DNA of 64,000 nucleotides from Clostridia bacterium (GTDB lineage Bacteria; Bacillota; Clostridia; Oscillospirales; CAG-272), in NCBI GenBank assembly GCA_017461945.1, contig JAFTSB010000024.1, positions 56,592 through 120,591 on the forward strand. Reading direction: 5' to 3'. Each line of letters begins with the position of its first letter. Within the stretch, counting starts at the first letter, position 1. Below the pieces are notes generated by a model. The model ran no database searches and was not told the DNA's origin. It was given only the letters and a program-made list of their open reading frames with translations. Positions 26,057 through 36,478 of the stretch are shown piece by piece. The position numbers and the translations under genes are program-made.

Positions 26057-27079
26057 ATGAGCAAGATCTATGCTGTTTCTCTAACCGAAATGCCCACCCT
26101 TGTGCAAGACTTTGCTGCCTATAAATCCGGCATTCAAAACTGCTCGCCCAAAACGGTATCCGAATATCTTTTGGATCTGCGAACATTTTTTCGATACATC
26201 GTTGCTACAAGAGACGGAATCGACCCGGAATCCGACGAATTTACCGCGATCGACATCCGTCAACTGGATCTGAGCTTTATGGGCTCCATCCGCACCTCCG
26301 AGATCTATGCGTTTTTGCAGTACTCCGGTTCAGTTCGCAAGAATCTATGGGCAGCTAAAGCCAGAAAACTGGTTACCATCCGCATGTTTTACCGGTATTT
26401 GGTCAACAAAACCAAGCAGCTTGAAATCAATCCGGCAGCCGAAATTGAATCCCCCAAGCCCCGCAAAAGTCTGCCAAAATTTCTCTCTTTACAAGAATCA
26501 CTTACCTTGCTGGAAACCATTAAAAATGATCGCTCATCGCGCACCGTTCCCCGTGATTTTGCCATTGTAACGTTGTTTTTGAATTGCGGAATGCGTGTGT
26601 CTGAGCTGGTTGGCATCAACCTGTCCGACATCAACCGCGACATGAAATCCCTGCGCGTAACCGGTAAGGGTGCCAAGGAGCGCATCATTTACCTCAATGA
26701 TGCTTGCCGCGAAGCACTAACAGAATACCTCCCCATCCGTATGGCGGATGAAAAGGGATATTCATCAAAAGAAAAAGCACTGTTTTTAAGCGGGCAACGA
26801 AAACGCATCAGCGTAAAGACCGTGCAATGGATGGTCTACAAATATCTGGATATGGCCGGTCTTGGCGAACGACATCTTTCGGTGCACAAGCTCCGGCACA
26901 CAGCAGCCACTCTCATGTATCAGCAAGGCGGCGTTGATGTTCGCGTCCTCAAAGAAATTCTGGGACACGAGCAGCTGAATACCACACAGATCTACACCCA
27001 TGTCAGCGACTCCAATATGGAGGAGGCTATGACAAAAAACCCCTTGGCCCATATCAAACCCCGTAGCAAAAATGAATAG
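26057..27079 (+). CDS. tyrosine site-specific recombinase, XerC/XerD-like (340 aa)
   Basis: RBS AAAGGAGGAAG. GMRVSEL, HKLRHTAAT and LGHEQLNTTQIYTHV (R..HxxR..Y catalytic set). Start trimmed from the ORF-track TTG at 25985. Confidence 0.88.
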   Translation: MSKIYAVSLTEMPTLVQDFAAYKSGIQNCSPKTVSEYLLDLRTFFRYIVATRDGIDPESDEFTAIDIRQLDLSFMGSIRTSEIYAFLQYSGSVRKNLWAAKARKLVTIRMFYRYLVNKTKQLEINPAAEIESPKPRKSLPKFLSLQESLTLLETIKNDRSSRTVPRDFAIVTLFLNCGMRVSELVGINLSDINRDMKSLRVTGKGAKERIIYLNDACREALTEYLPIRMADEKGYSSKEKALFLSGQRKRISVKTVQWMVYKYLDMAGLGERHLSVHKLRHTAATLMYQQGGVDVRVLKEILGHEQLNTTQIYTHVSDSNMEEAMTKNPLAHIKPRSKNE

Positions 27080-27119
27080 AATAAGCCTGTGCACTGCAAT
27101 GCACAGGCTTATTCTATTC
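27074..27119. terminator. long perfect hairpin, bidirectional terminator
   Basis: GAATAGAATAAGCCTGTGCA-ctgcaa-TGCACAGGCTTATTCTATTC, overlapping the recombinase stop codon. Confidence 0.7.
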
Positions 27120-27122
27120 CGC

Positions 27123-28892
27123 TCACGGAATAATATTGGTCACGGTATCGGTGGCAAGCGTATACATATCCACACGATTGCTGTCGGGATATTCGATGAT
27201 CAGATCACCGTAATACGTTGCATATTTATCTCCGTGATAGGAAAGCGGGCTAATATACAGTTGAGCATGCAAGCCTGCAAAATTTTCTGCATCCTGTTTC
27301 GTTCCAAATATCACCTTTAACACGCTTGCGCCATCCGGAATCAGATTGATAAAGCCTCCATATGCCACCGTTGGGCAATGCTCCAGGATCATCGTGTCGG
27401 GGATTTCCGCCTCTAAAACAGCTATGCCAAGGCGCTCGAAAAGCGCCTGTTTTTCGGCATTGAAGGCCATTGGGGCATCGGCATGATCCTTGTAGTAAAT
27501 TTGGTACGCATTGCCAAAATAAGTGTGCAAATAGGAAAGATAAGCCTCTAAAGCTTGTTCTTGGATGACGTTTCCGCCCATAATGACTAAAACCTGTTTT
27601 TCAAGCAAAGAAGCTTGTCTAAACAGATCTGTTTCCAGACAATACAATTGGTCAAAAGAAATGCGGTCAACGGATGTAAGACCTTTGTAAAGCTCCTTTA
27701 GCGACGGAGAAATCAGTTTCAATCGATCGCCTTTTTCGTTCAGGCCAGAGGCGTTTGTCCCATTCAGGAGGTCTTGAATAAAGACATTATTCTCTGCAAG
27801 CGTTATAAAATGGCTGATATCGGCGCTCCACCACGTTACATTTTCCTCTAACGTGGCAATGACAAAGGGATAATTCGCAAAAACACCGTCATTTCCGCCG
27901 TGCATATACAGATCCGTATAGTTTGCCCCGAATCCGTTGGCGCAAGTTGTTTTAACACGAATCCATTCCTTGGCCATTTGACGATAAACGGCATAAGAAC
28001 TTTCTCCAACAGACGAAGCTGGCGTTGCAATGCGAGCATAGCGCAACAAAGAGCGGTTGCCGTCAGCGATCAGAGTCACACGATAGCGGGTAATCCCCTG
28101 CATTTCAAACATTCGCAAGATCAGATCTGCTTTGACATCATCACAATACAGATGAAAAACAGTATCCGGCGCAATCTCATACAATTCACGTATATAGCTC
28201 TGAGTTAAAGTGATTTGATCTTCAAAAGATACTCCTTCGGTAGGAAAAGGCAGCGTATATGTATTTTGAGGCAAAAGTCCCCATGTGTAAGCGTCGGCAT
28301 GTTCCAGCACCATAAAAGCCGGTGCCTCCTGCATAACAGGTAACGCACTGTTTTCATCGAATACGGAAGCCCCTTGCGCTCTATCGTTTCCTCTACTGAA
28401 AGCGGCCATTGAAAATTTCATAACAGCCATAGGATCGGACAAAACAGCAAAATGATACGCAGAAGCGGTCACCGGCACGGCGCATTCACGGATCAGGACA
28501 ACTCCCTGCTCTGCAGTGGCAGTTATCCTTACATTAATGCAGCCATAACAGACACTTTGTGCCAAAAAGGAGGAATGGTCATCCAATGCTCTTTGTCCTA
28601 ACAGCCGGCCGTTGTGATAGAATTCAACAGTCGGATTTTTGTACGCATCAAAATCAAAGCTTAAGTATTGATACGACACTTGAAGCATCGGAGTTTCGTC
28701 CATTTGAACGGCCTGCATCGCAAAGGTATCTCCAACTTCCTTTTCCACCGATATAATGGGCGTAATGGGTGTGTTTTCTGTGGCGGGTGGCGCATTATCG
28801 CCAGAAGTCAGAGGTGTTTCTTCTTCCTTCTGACATCCGAAAAAGCATAGAAACGCTAAAAGTAGCATCAAAACAATCCGATATCTTCTCAT
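27123..28892 (-). CDS. hypothetical lipoprotein (589 aa)
   Basis: MRRYRIVLMLLLAFLCFFGC signal with a lipobox-like FFGC. RBS AAAGGAGA. No catalytic motif recognised. Confidence 0.7.
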   Translation of the reverse strand: MRRYRIVLMLLLAFLCFFGCQKEEETPLTSGDNAPPATENTPITPIISVEKEVGDTFAMQAVQMDETPMLQVSYQYLSFDFDAYKNPTVEFYHNGRLLGQRALDDHSSFLAQSVCYGCINVRITATAEQGVVLIRECAVPVTASAYHFAVLSDPMAVMKFSMAAFSRGNDRAQGASVFDENSALPVMQEAPAFMVLEHADAYTWGLLPQNTYTLPFPTEGVSFEDQITLTQSYIRELYEIAPDTVFHLYCDDVKADLILRMFEMQGITRYRVTLIADGNRSLLRYARIATPASSVGESSYAVYRQMAKEWIRVKTTCANGFGANYTDLYMHGGNDGVFANYPFVIATLEENVTWWSADISHFITLAENNVFIQDLLNGTNASGLNEKGDRLKLISPSLKELYKGLTSVDRISFDQLYCLETDLFRQASLLEKQVLVIMGGNVIQEQALEAYLSYLHTYFGNAYQIYYKDHADAPMAFNAEKQALFERLGIAVLEAEIPDTMILEHCPTVAYGGFINLIPDGASVLKVIFGTKQDAENFAGLHAQLYISPLSYHGDKYATYYGDLIIEYPDSNRVDMYTLATDTVTNIIP

Positions 28893-29001
28893 ATTGTCTC
28901 CTTTGAGATCATTTTCCACCATTGTATCATATCACCACCCATAGGTCAAGTAAATTTGACAAAAAAAGAGCCTTGTGCAAAGTACAAGACTCTCTTTTGC
29001 A

Positions 29002-30765
29002 TTATTTGACACGAAGCTGTGCAATCTTCTCTTTATTAGGACTAACGATAGCACTCCAATTGGTGTGATAGATCACAAAGCCGGGCTTGCCACCCGGGGC
29101 CTTTTTCAACTGGCGAACCAGTGTATAGTCCACCTCGGTCATAGGAGCGCCCTCGGCCGCCGAAAAAAGTGCGGCGATCGACGCCGCCTCGGTAAAATCA
29201 GTAGCCTCCGGTTCACCCTTTCCCTCCAGCAGCATCACTACATGAGAGCCGGGCATGTTTTTGACATGGAACCAATAATCGGTTTTGGTGGCAATTTTAT
29301 GGGTTATATACTCGTTTTGTAGATTATTTTTACCGCAAAGCACCCGATAGCCACCGGTGGTACGGTATTCTGCATATCCGGGCGCGGCATTTTTCTTTTG
29401 GCCGTTGGGTATCATCTTGCTTTTGGAAGCATATCCGCTGCGAGCCAGCTCCTCACGAATCTCCACAAGATCCGTTGGTGTCTCTGCTGTGTTAAGCGCC
29501 GCTTGTACCGATTCCAGGTAAGCCAACTCCCCTTCTCCAATGGCAATCTGCTTGGTCAACTCCACACGGGCGTTTTTGCTTTTGTTGTACTTTTTGTAAA
29601 ATCGCTGGGCATTGGCAGTAGGAGTCAGGCGTGGATCCAGTTCAATCTCGACCTCTCCGAAGCTGCCATCTTCATGCATATCTTCATAATCCGTCAAAGA
29701 GACTTTGGTCATCCCGCGCTCCAAGCGATAGCAGTTCGCTACGATCAAATCACCCATTTTGCGATATCGCTCCCCCTCTTCGCATTGGGCAAGCTCGCCG
29801 CGTTGCAGCTCCAGCTTGTGCAACACACGGGTTAAGGCATTGTTCACGATATGAAGCACATCTGCCGCGCGCTGCTTGACGCGTGCTTCTTTATCGCGTT
29901 TTCCAAACCATTCGTCCAACACCGCCGAAGGGCTTTTTATGCTTTGATACCGGCCATAATGGGTCAACGGAATAAATGCATATTCCACAAATTTCCCATT
30001 TTCGTCCGATACAAGAGAAGGCTCGAAGCGCTCTTCTTTCACCGCCGCAAATACTTGGTCAAACACCGCAAACAGCTTTTTATCATTCACTTCGGAAAGC
30101 AATGCGTCGCTCTTGCCGGCAACTCGATAGGTGATCTCTCGCGCTATGCCAGAACTAATACCTAAAAAAGTGGCGGTGATCCATTTATCCACAGGACGCT
30201 CTCCGCCTGCTTTTACAAGTGTCAAAAAAGTATGGGCATCGCAAGTTAAAGGGTTGATCTTATCCTGTGCCGGCGGCATTTCATAGCGCATACCCGGTAA
30301 CACCTGGCGCTTGGTGCTGGTTGTAAAATCAACCGGACGCAGAACAGCCAGAATCTTTTCATCACCATCGGTGAAAATCAAATTGCTGTATTTGCCCATG
30401 ATCTCGGCAATCAGCTTTCGTGTACACAAAAAGCCCATTTCATCTCGTGTTTCCCACTCGAATACAAGGACACGCTCAAACGCGGGTTGCGACACCGAAA
30501 TCAATTTTGCACCGGAAAGGTGCTTACGCAGCAACACGCAGAACTGGGGAGGATTTTGCGGATTTTCCAGACTAACTGCCGTAAATCCCACACGCGGATT
30601 GGCAGATCCCGCATTGATAAGCAGTCTTTTTCCGCCCTCAAAGGTGCGCATTTGCAGCACCACCGTGTCACGCTCGGGTTGATAAACCTTTTCAATGCGT
30701 GCTCCCATGGCAATCTGTTTCAATTCGGCGGCAACAGCTGCCAAAAAGCCTGCATCTAACGCCAT
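29002..30765 (-). CDS. rqcH: ribosome quality-control protein RqcH (NFACT / FbpA family)
   Basis: 587 aa. N-terminal NFACT-N pattern (MALDAGFL...IEKVYQPERDTVVLQMR), a coiled-coil middle region, and C-terminal NFACT-R (WFHVKNMPGSHVV). Confidence 0.85.
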   Translation of the reverse strand: MALDAGFLAAVAAELKQIAMGARIEKVYQPERDTVVLQMRTFEGGKRLLINAGSANPRVGFTAVSLENPQNPPQFCVLLRKHLSGAKLISVSQPAFERVLVFEWETRDEMGFLCTRKLIAEIMGKYSNLIFTDGDEKILAVLRPVDFTTSTKRQVLPGMRYEMPPAQDKINPLTCDAHTFLTLVKAGGERPVDKWITATFLGISSGIAREITYRVAGKSDALLSEVNDKKLFAVFDQVFAAVKEERFEPSLVSDENGKFVEYAFIPLTHYGRYQSIKSPSAVLDEWFGKRDKEARVKQRAADVLHIVNNALTRVLHKLELQRGELAQCEEGERYRKMGDLIVANCYRLERGMTKVSLTDYEDMHEDGSFGEVEIELDPRLTPTANAQRFYKKYNKSKNARVELTKQIAIGEGELAYLESVQAALNTAETPTDLVEIREELARSGYASKSKMIPNGQKKNAAPGYAEYRTTGGYRVLCGKNNLQNEYITHKIATKTDYWFHVKNMPGSHVVMLLEGKGEPEATDFTEAASIAALFSAAEGAPMTEVDYTLVRQLKKAPGGKPGFVIYHTNWSAIVSPNKEKIAQLRVK

Positions 30766-30828
30766 GTTGTTCCCCCTTCCTGAAAAATTGCTCCCGCAAA
30801 TTTTGCGGGAGCAAAATCATTGGCCCAA

Positions 30829-31650
30829 TCAGCCAAACATTTCCAAATCTACGTTATCCAGAGAATCGTATACAAAATCGGGTTTATCAGCAACCTCTGC
30901 AGCATCTACATCTGCAGGAGTGGTCTCACCGGAAAGCACCAGAACCGCCGTAACGCCGTGGCGTTTACCAACGGCAATATCGGTATACAAACGGTCACCA
31001 AAAATGCACATTTCATCGCAGCTAAAGCCAGTTGCCTCACAGATCATCTCAATGGTTTCTTTGTAAGGCTTGCCGAAGTAGGTGGGCTTTTTGCCGGTAG
31101 AGGCAGTTACAAAAGCGGCAATGGCGCCACTATCCGGAATGAATCCGGTCTCCGTGGGGCAGTTGAAATCGGGGTGAGTGGAAAGATACTCCGCACCGTT
31201 GCGCACCATGCGGCAAGCGTTATCCATTTTCTCATAAGTAAGCGTGGTGTCAAAGCTGGTAACCACGATATCGGCATTTTCCTCTTTGCCGGTCAGCATC
31301 GGAATGCCGTTCTCGCGGAAGTTCTCCACCAGCTCGTCGGTCCCTACAAGATAAACGGATTTGCCGGCGCGATGACGCTTCAAAAATTCAATAGTCACAT
31401 CGCCGGATGTCATAATTTCATCCTTTGTGGGAGAAAAACCCAGCTTGGAAAGCTTCTGTACGTAAAAATCAGTGGTATGAGAGGCGTTGTTGGTAAAGAA
31501 CAGCACCTTTTTTCCTGCAGCGCGCAGGTTGTTGATAAAGCGAATGGCAAAGGGGAAAACCTGATAGCCCAGATAAATAGTTCCATCCATATCAAAGATG
31601 TAAAGCTTTTTATCCTTCAGAATTTTAGAATCGGGGTTTTTGAAGTCCAT
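30829..31650 (-). CDS. HAD-IIA family sugar-phosphate phosphatase (NagD/YutF-like)
   Basis: IFDMDGTIYLG, FFTNNAS and FGDRLYTDI motifs. Confidence 0.85.
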   Translation of the reverse strand: MDFKNPDSKILKDKKLYIFDMDGTIYLGYQVFPFAIRFINNLRAAGKKVLFFTNNASHTTDFYVQKLSKLGFSPTKDEIMTSGDVTIEFLKRHRAGKSVYLVGTDELVENFRENGIPMLTGKEENADIVVTSFDTTLTYEKMDNACRMVRNGAEYLSTHPDFNCPTETGFIPDSGAIAAFVTASTGKKPTYFGKPYKETIEMICEATGFSCDEMCIFGDRLYTDIAVGKRHGVTAVLVLSGETTPADVDAAEVADKPDFVYDSLDNVDLEMFG

Positions 31651-31761
31651 AGTAAGATCCTCGCTTTTTTATTATTCCCCCATATTATACCATGTACTTG
31701 ATTTTTTTGCAAGGTTATGATAAAATAATCTTAATATTTATTTCTACAAGGAGTGTGACCT

Positions 31762-32619
31762 ATGGGAAAAGCCATTTTAGGTATTGATGTGGGCGGTAGC
31801 ACCACTAAAATCGTGGGCTTTCGCGAAGAGAACGGAAAACGTGTTCTCATCGAGCCCCAATGTGTCCGTGCCACCGATCCTCTGACCTCCATTTACGGCG
31901 CCTTTGGCAAATTCACCATGCAAAACGGACTTGCCCTTTCGGATATAGAACGTGTAATGATGACCGGCGCAGGGGCCACCTTTTTGGATAAACCTCTTTA
32001 CGAAGGATTGGATTGCCGTGCCGTGCCCGAATTCAACAGTGTAGGACTTGGTGGCCTTTATCTCTCGAATTTGGATGAAGCTGTTGTAGTCAGCATGGGA
32101 ACCGGCACGGCACTGATTCACGCCAAGCAAAAAGACGAAAAAACCTCCATTCGGTATTTGGGTGGAACCGGTGTCGGCGGCGGCACCTTAGTAGGCCTCT
32201 CACGCAAAATTTTGGGCGTAGACACCATCGAACACATTGAGCAGCTGTGCGAGGGCGGCGACCTCAGCAATATCGACCTGCGCATTAAAGACATTTCCAC
32301 GCAAAACATCTATCACGGCGTCAACACCGAGCTGACAGCCTCCAATTTCGGCAAGCTGAGTGATTTGGCCAACAAGCATGACATTGCCCTTGGCATTGTC
32401 AATATGGTGGCAGAAACCATCGGTATGCTGGCCGTCTTCGCCGCGCGAAATTTCCAATTGGATCGCGTTGTACTTACCGGCAATCTGACCGCCATTGCCC
32501 CCATCCGCCATGTTTTTGACGTCATGGAAAAGAATTTTGGTATTCGCTTTATCATTCCTCAAAATGCGCAATACGGTACCGTAATTGGTGCAGCGCTCTG
32601 CCCTACCGAAGATCTTTAA
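31762..32619 (+). CDS. coaW: type II pantothenate kinase
   Basis: GIDVGGSTTKIV, SMGTGTA, GGTGVGGGTLVGLS, NIDLRIKDI and LTASNFG parallel the staphylococcal type II CoaA/CoaW motifs. Confidence 0.8.
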   Translation: MGKAILGIDVGGSTTKIVGFREENGKRVLIEPQCVRATDPLTSIYGAFGKFTMQNGLALSDIERVMMTGAGATFLDKPLYEGLDCRAVPEFNSVGLGGLYLSNLDEAVVVSMGTGTALIHAKQKDEKTSIRYLGGTGVGGGTLVGLSRKILGVDTIEHIEQLCEGGDLSNIDLRIKDISTQNIYHGVNTELTASNFGKLSDLANKHDIALGIVNMVAETIGMLAVFAARNFQLDRVVLTGNLTAIAPIRHVFDVMEKNFGIRFIIPQNAQYGTVIGAALCPTEDL

Positions 32620-32705
32620 ACCCAAACAGGAGCTATCCTAGAACAGTACTCTAAAGTACAGTTTTACGATCATATGATATTTCTTTAACGAAAGGAAAAA
32701 GAAAA

Positions 32706-33656
32706 ATGAGCAATTTGGCATTTCCCAAAAGGCCCTTCATTCGCAAGCTAGGCACGATTGGGTGTAATAACATCGTGGAAACAACGCCGTTGGTCTATCG
32801 TGGCGAGCTTTATCGCTTCGAAGTAGTCAGAAGAAAGAGTTTTACTTCCGAAAACGCGCGTGCAGATTGGAAAAACATCAATGATCTTCCTTGCTTGCGA
32901 TTTGTACATGTCAGAACCAATACAACCACACCGTGCTTTGCAGATGGACACAGTTTCGGCTGTGCATATGCCGAAGGTGATGTGATGTACGTTGTAACAG
33001 GTTCTTCCGCTACTTGGGGCAGCGATGGATTGGTATTTTATCGCTCAACCGATCTTGTTAATTGGGAGCAGTATACTACACTCAATCTACCTGGGTGGAA
33101 AATCTTTAACATGAACATTGCTAAAATGGGTGATGTCTACACATTGCTTATTGAAATCAGTGCTCCGATTGAAGAATGCGGTCAACCCTTCACTTTCCGA
33201 TTTTTACAATCCACCGACTTGACAAATTGGACCTTAACATCAACCGATTGCGTTTTCCAAAAAGATCGCTACGCGGGAGCTCCCTCCATATATGCTTTTG
33301 ATGGAGATCCCTACTATTATGTTGGCTATCTGGAGGCATACCCGAATCATTGTTATGCGAACTGCGTGGCACGCTCAAAGGATCTCAAAAACTGGGAATA
33401 CAGCCCGATCAATCCCGTGTTAATGTACGACGAATTTGAGGACAAAAAGATTGGCAATCCTTTTCTCACTCCTGCTGATCGTGAACGCGTGAAGGCTGCA
33501 CTGGATATCAACAACAGTGATATGGAGCTTTGCGAATATCTCGGCAGAACTATTATTTACTATAGCTGGGGAGACCAAAAGGGTACAGAATTTTTGGCAG
33601 AAGCCTGTTACGAGGGCAGAATGCATGATTTCTTCAAAGCTTTTTTTGAAGCATAA
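32706..33656 (+). CDS. beta-propeller glycoside-hydrolase-like protein (family unresolved)
   Basis: Three spaced [ST]xDLxNW motifs (STDLVNWEQ, STDLTNWTL, SKDLKNWEY), as seen in 5-bladed propeller GH families. Confidence 0.5.
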   Translation: MSNLAFPKRPFIRKLGTIGCNNIVETTPLVYRGELYRFEVVRRKSFTSENARADWKNINDLPCLRFVHVRTNTTTPCFADGHSFGCAYAEGDVMYVVTGSSATWGSDGLVFYRSTDLVNWEQYTTLNLPGWKIFNMNIAKMGDVYTLLIEISAPIEECGQPFTFRFLQSTDLTNWTLTSTDCVFQKDRYAGAPSIYAFDGDPYYYVGYLEAYPNHCYANCVARSKDLKNWEYSPINPVLMYDEFEDKKIGNPFLTPADRERVKAALDINNSDMELCEYLGRTIIYYSWGDQKGTEFLAEACYEGRMHDFFKAFFEA

Positions 33657-33725
33657 AGAAAAACCACATATCATATTGACCATGTAATGCCGTGTTTGTA
33701 TTCACAAACGCAGTACTTAACAAGA

Positions 33726-33765
33726 AAAAGACAGAGAGTGTAGCAAAACACTCTCTGTCTTTTTC
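33726..33765. terminator. bidirectional terminator
   Basis: AAAAAGACAGAGAGTG-tagcaaaa-CACTCTCTGTCTTTTT. Confidence 0.75.
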
Positions 33766-33842
33766 ATATCAGCGGGTTTTGTATTCCATTGAACTAAAAG
33801 CTTCCTTTATGGCACTCTCCCACCGAAACTCCTATTTTTTCT

Positions 33843-36329
33843 TTAAGTGATCGGTTGCTTTAACAGCACGCTGTTTTGTTTGGCCGTGCTGGAGGCGCGC
33901 AGCGCTTCCCCGTCATAGACCTTTGTATATTTGATGGTGCTGTTATCAGGGTCCGCCACATTGATCAAACGGATCATATCCTGATCCTCACCCGTAATCT
34001 CCATGGTGGTATTATACAGACCGGAAAGAACGATCATTTTCACGCTTGCCAAATGATAAGCAATCTGGTAGTCAACCTCATAATACCAGGTCTTGGTGCG
34101 ATTCGATTCATTGGTATAGCCACGGAAATCACCGCAGCTGGTGGGCCACCAAAGCACGTCGGGTGCAACGGTTTCATAGAACTGAAGCGTTACACCGGTA
34201 TGACCGTGGTGGGCAACTTGACAATGATCCGATTTCAGCGTATCACCATACATTGCCAGCATTCTGCGGCCTCCGATGCGCTCAACGTCACCCAGCCAAA
34301 TGCAGGTGCTGGTATCCTTGGTGCCATCCTTGTGCTTGGTTTCCATTGTGGTGCGAACCACGGTGGAGCTGTTATTGAAGTACTCCAAACGTTGAGGATA
34401 AGTATCCTCATGGGTATAGAGCACATCCATCTTCAAATTGGCAAAGTAGAATACCTGACCGGTATGTACAGTAACTACATCAAAACCGCCCTTGACATAG
34501 CTCTGCAGATTTTTCATATCCGTCTGTACAGTGCTTTGAGGGTTGTTGGAGTTTACACGCTCCGATGCCGAGCAAAGATTGGTCAGCAAGCGATCGAACT
34601 GCAGCTCCTCATACTTACCGTATGTCTGCAGGAATTTGCGGAACACCTGGAAATGGTCAGTATGCTCGTGCGTCAGGATCCACGCCCGGATGCGAATGGG
34701 ATGCTGCTTGCTGGGCGCAACACCGTTGTAAGCGATCTTATGCAGCTCATTGAGCGTATTCCACAGGTTTGCAACATCATCGCTGGCGCGACCGGAGCCG
34801 CCGTCATAAATGATGAAACTGCCATCTGCCAACGTAATAACAAAGGACATGCCGAAATTGCCCAGTTTCTTGCCTTCACTATCATAGGTCGTACTATCTA
34901 GCAACTGAATTTGGGTGATCTTGGGATCGGTTCGCCATTCATAGGTCTGCTTGGGATTCAGCATTTCCGCATCGGGCAGCGTGCTGTATTTGGCATTGGT
35001 AGCAATAATGCGAATACTTTTGAGAGCATCCGTAATATTCTTGTTTTCTGCATGCTTGTAGGCGGCATGATAAACGTGAAGCGCCGTACCGGTGTCTTTA
35101 TTATAGTAGGTGCGGAAACTGCTTCCCTCCACCTGATTTTCGGCGGCCAGAGTAGCAAAACCGGCGGCCTCCAGCTGCTGACAATATGCCACATAGGAGT
35201 CACGGCTGATGCCGTCACCGGTATAAATATATTCTACGGAATAATCGCCAACTTCAGCCGTACCGTCCAGCTGAATACCCTCGCCCGTGGGCTTGGGGAA
35301 ATCCACCTCCCATTCGGCGGCGGTACTACCCTTAACGGTACAGTTTACAGGAATATTATACACGGTGGTGCCGTCGGCGCTCTCCTCGGCACAACCTTTC
35401 AGCACATCCTCAAACAAGGCGTAGGTGGGATCCAGGGTCACATCGTTCCATGCAGCCAGAACGATATTGCCATTGATAGTGCTAACAGCATACTCATTGG
35501 CTTCAAGAGTGTTCAAGATCTGTCTGGATTCCTCACGAGTGGTGTTGCCGATCTGCACCTCGCGTTCCCCTTCCACTGGGTCAACTTTATCTGTCATAAA
35601 AGGGAAAGTAGAGGCTCTCGCCGCAGTCTTTTCAATCAACAGTTTTTGTATGTTCTGGCTGAATGTATAAGGGAAATCCACATCGGGACCGCCCTGCGTG
35701 GGATTGGGATCAGCGTGATATCCCAGCGCGTTCACCGTATCGTCCACGCGATCGCTGTATACCAAAGTGTACTGCCCTTCGCCGGCCTCATCCTTCAGCT
35801 GAACCGTTTCCAGCTTGGCAAGACGAATCTCCTCAGGCATGGTAACAACCGTACCCCTTACATTATCTGCTTTGAGACAGTTTTCTACAAAATAATCCAA
35901 TGCCACGCGGGTCAAAAAGGGCGTCGTACCAAGGATCACGATCTTAAATTCGAAAACCTGAATACCCCAACCGTAGCCTTCGATGGCGTTGTTGAGCTTG
36001 ACAGTTTCTTCACGGTTGGTGTTTCCGATCAGAATCTCCAGATCCTCGGTTTCCACAACCTCACTATATTCGTCGCTGGAGGCGCGCAAAGAAAGCGTTG
36101 TAATCTTTTTCAGCATTTTAGCAAAGGTAGAGACCTGTGCCCTGCCCCCATCGGTCAGTTCATCCGAATAAACGATGGTATAATCGGTCAAGTCCACCTC
36201 TACGGTTTTCTCGCTAATGGCCGGATTTACTCCATCACCATTTCCAATATCCTTGGCACAGGAAGAGAGTAGCGTAGCCGCAGACAACAGCATCGCAAAG
36301 CACAAAAGCAAGCTAATGATCTTTTTCAT
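33843..36329 (-). CDS. lipoprotein with C-terminal ComEC-type MBL-fold domain, paralogue A (828 aa)
   Basis: MKKIISLLLCFAMLLSAATLLSSC (lipobox). THEHTDH, YTHED, WLGDVER, VAHHGH. Start trimmed from 36359 (RBS AAAGGAG). Confidence 0.85.
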   Translation of the reverse strand: MKKIISLLLCFAMLLSAATLLSSCAKDIGNGDGVNPAISEKTVEVDLTDYTIVYSDELTDGGRAQVSTFAKMLKKITTLSLRASSDEYSEVVETEDLEILIGNTNREETVKLNNAIEGYGWGIQVFEFKIVILGTTPFLTRVALDYFVENCLKADNVRGTVVTMPEEIRLAKLETVQLKDEAGEGQYTLVYSDRVDDTVNALGYHADPNPTQGGPDVDFPYTFSQNIQKLLIEKTAARASTFPFMTDKVDPVEGEREVQIGNTTREESRQILNTLEANEYAVSTINGNIVLAAWNDVTLDPTYALFEDVLKGCAEESADGTTVYNIPVNCTVKGSTAAEWEVDFPKPTGEGIQLDGTAEVGDYSVEYIYTGDGISRDSYVAYCQQLEAAGFATLAAENQVEGSSFRTYYNKDTGTALHVYHAAYKHAENKNITDALKSIRIIATNAKYSTLPDAEMLNPKQTYEWRTDPKITQIQLLDSTTYDSEGKKLGNFGMSFVITLADGSFIIYDGGSGRASDDVANLWNTLNELHKIAYNGVAPSKQHPIRIRAWILTHEHTDHFQVFRKFLQTYGKYEELQFDRLLTNLCSASERVNSNNPQSTVQTDMKNLQSYVKGGFDVVTVHTGQVFYFANLKMDVLYTHEDTYPQRLEYFNNSSTVVRTTMETKHKDGTKDTSTCIWLGDVERIGGRRMLAMYGDTLKSDHCQVAHHGHTGVTLQFYETVAPDVLWWPTSCGDFRGYTNESNRTKTWYYEVDYQIAYHLASVKMIVLSGLYNTTMEITGEDQDMIRLINVADPDNSTIKYTKVYDGEALRASSTAKQNSVLLKQPIT

Positions 36330-36366
36330 AATATGCTCCTTTCGTTGTGAATTTTTCACCGATTAT

Positions 36367-36395
36367 ATTGTAACACGCCACCGCTGCTTTGTCAA
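36367..36395 (-). promoter_or_regulatory. promoter TTGACA-17-TACAAT for paralogue A
   Basis: Minus strand: TTGACA 36395-36390, 17-nt spacer, TACAAT 36372-36367. Confidence 0.6.
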
Positions 36396-36445
36396 CGATT
36401 AACAATTGCGATACGTTTAAGTTTAAAAATTTGTTCACGATTCGT

Positions 36446-36476
36446 AAAAAAAGAGGGTGCAAAGCACCCTCTTTTC
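36446..36476 (-). terminator. terminator after paralogue B
   Basis: AGAGGGTGC-aaa-GCACCCTCT with an A-run on the plus strand (a U-run on the minus-strand transcript). Confidence 0.7.
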
Positions 36477-36478
36477 GC

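Noticed and set aside
27074-27119. 20-bp-stem perfect hairpin next to the tyrosine recombinase, considered as a recombination (dif/att-like) site
   Set aside because: It sits exactly between two convergent stop codons and has the form of a bidirectional intrinsic terminator. No second copy or core-type repeat is seen in the window.
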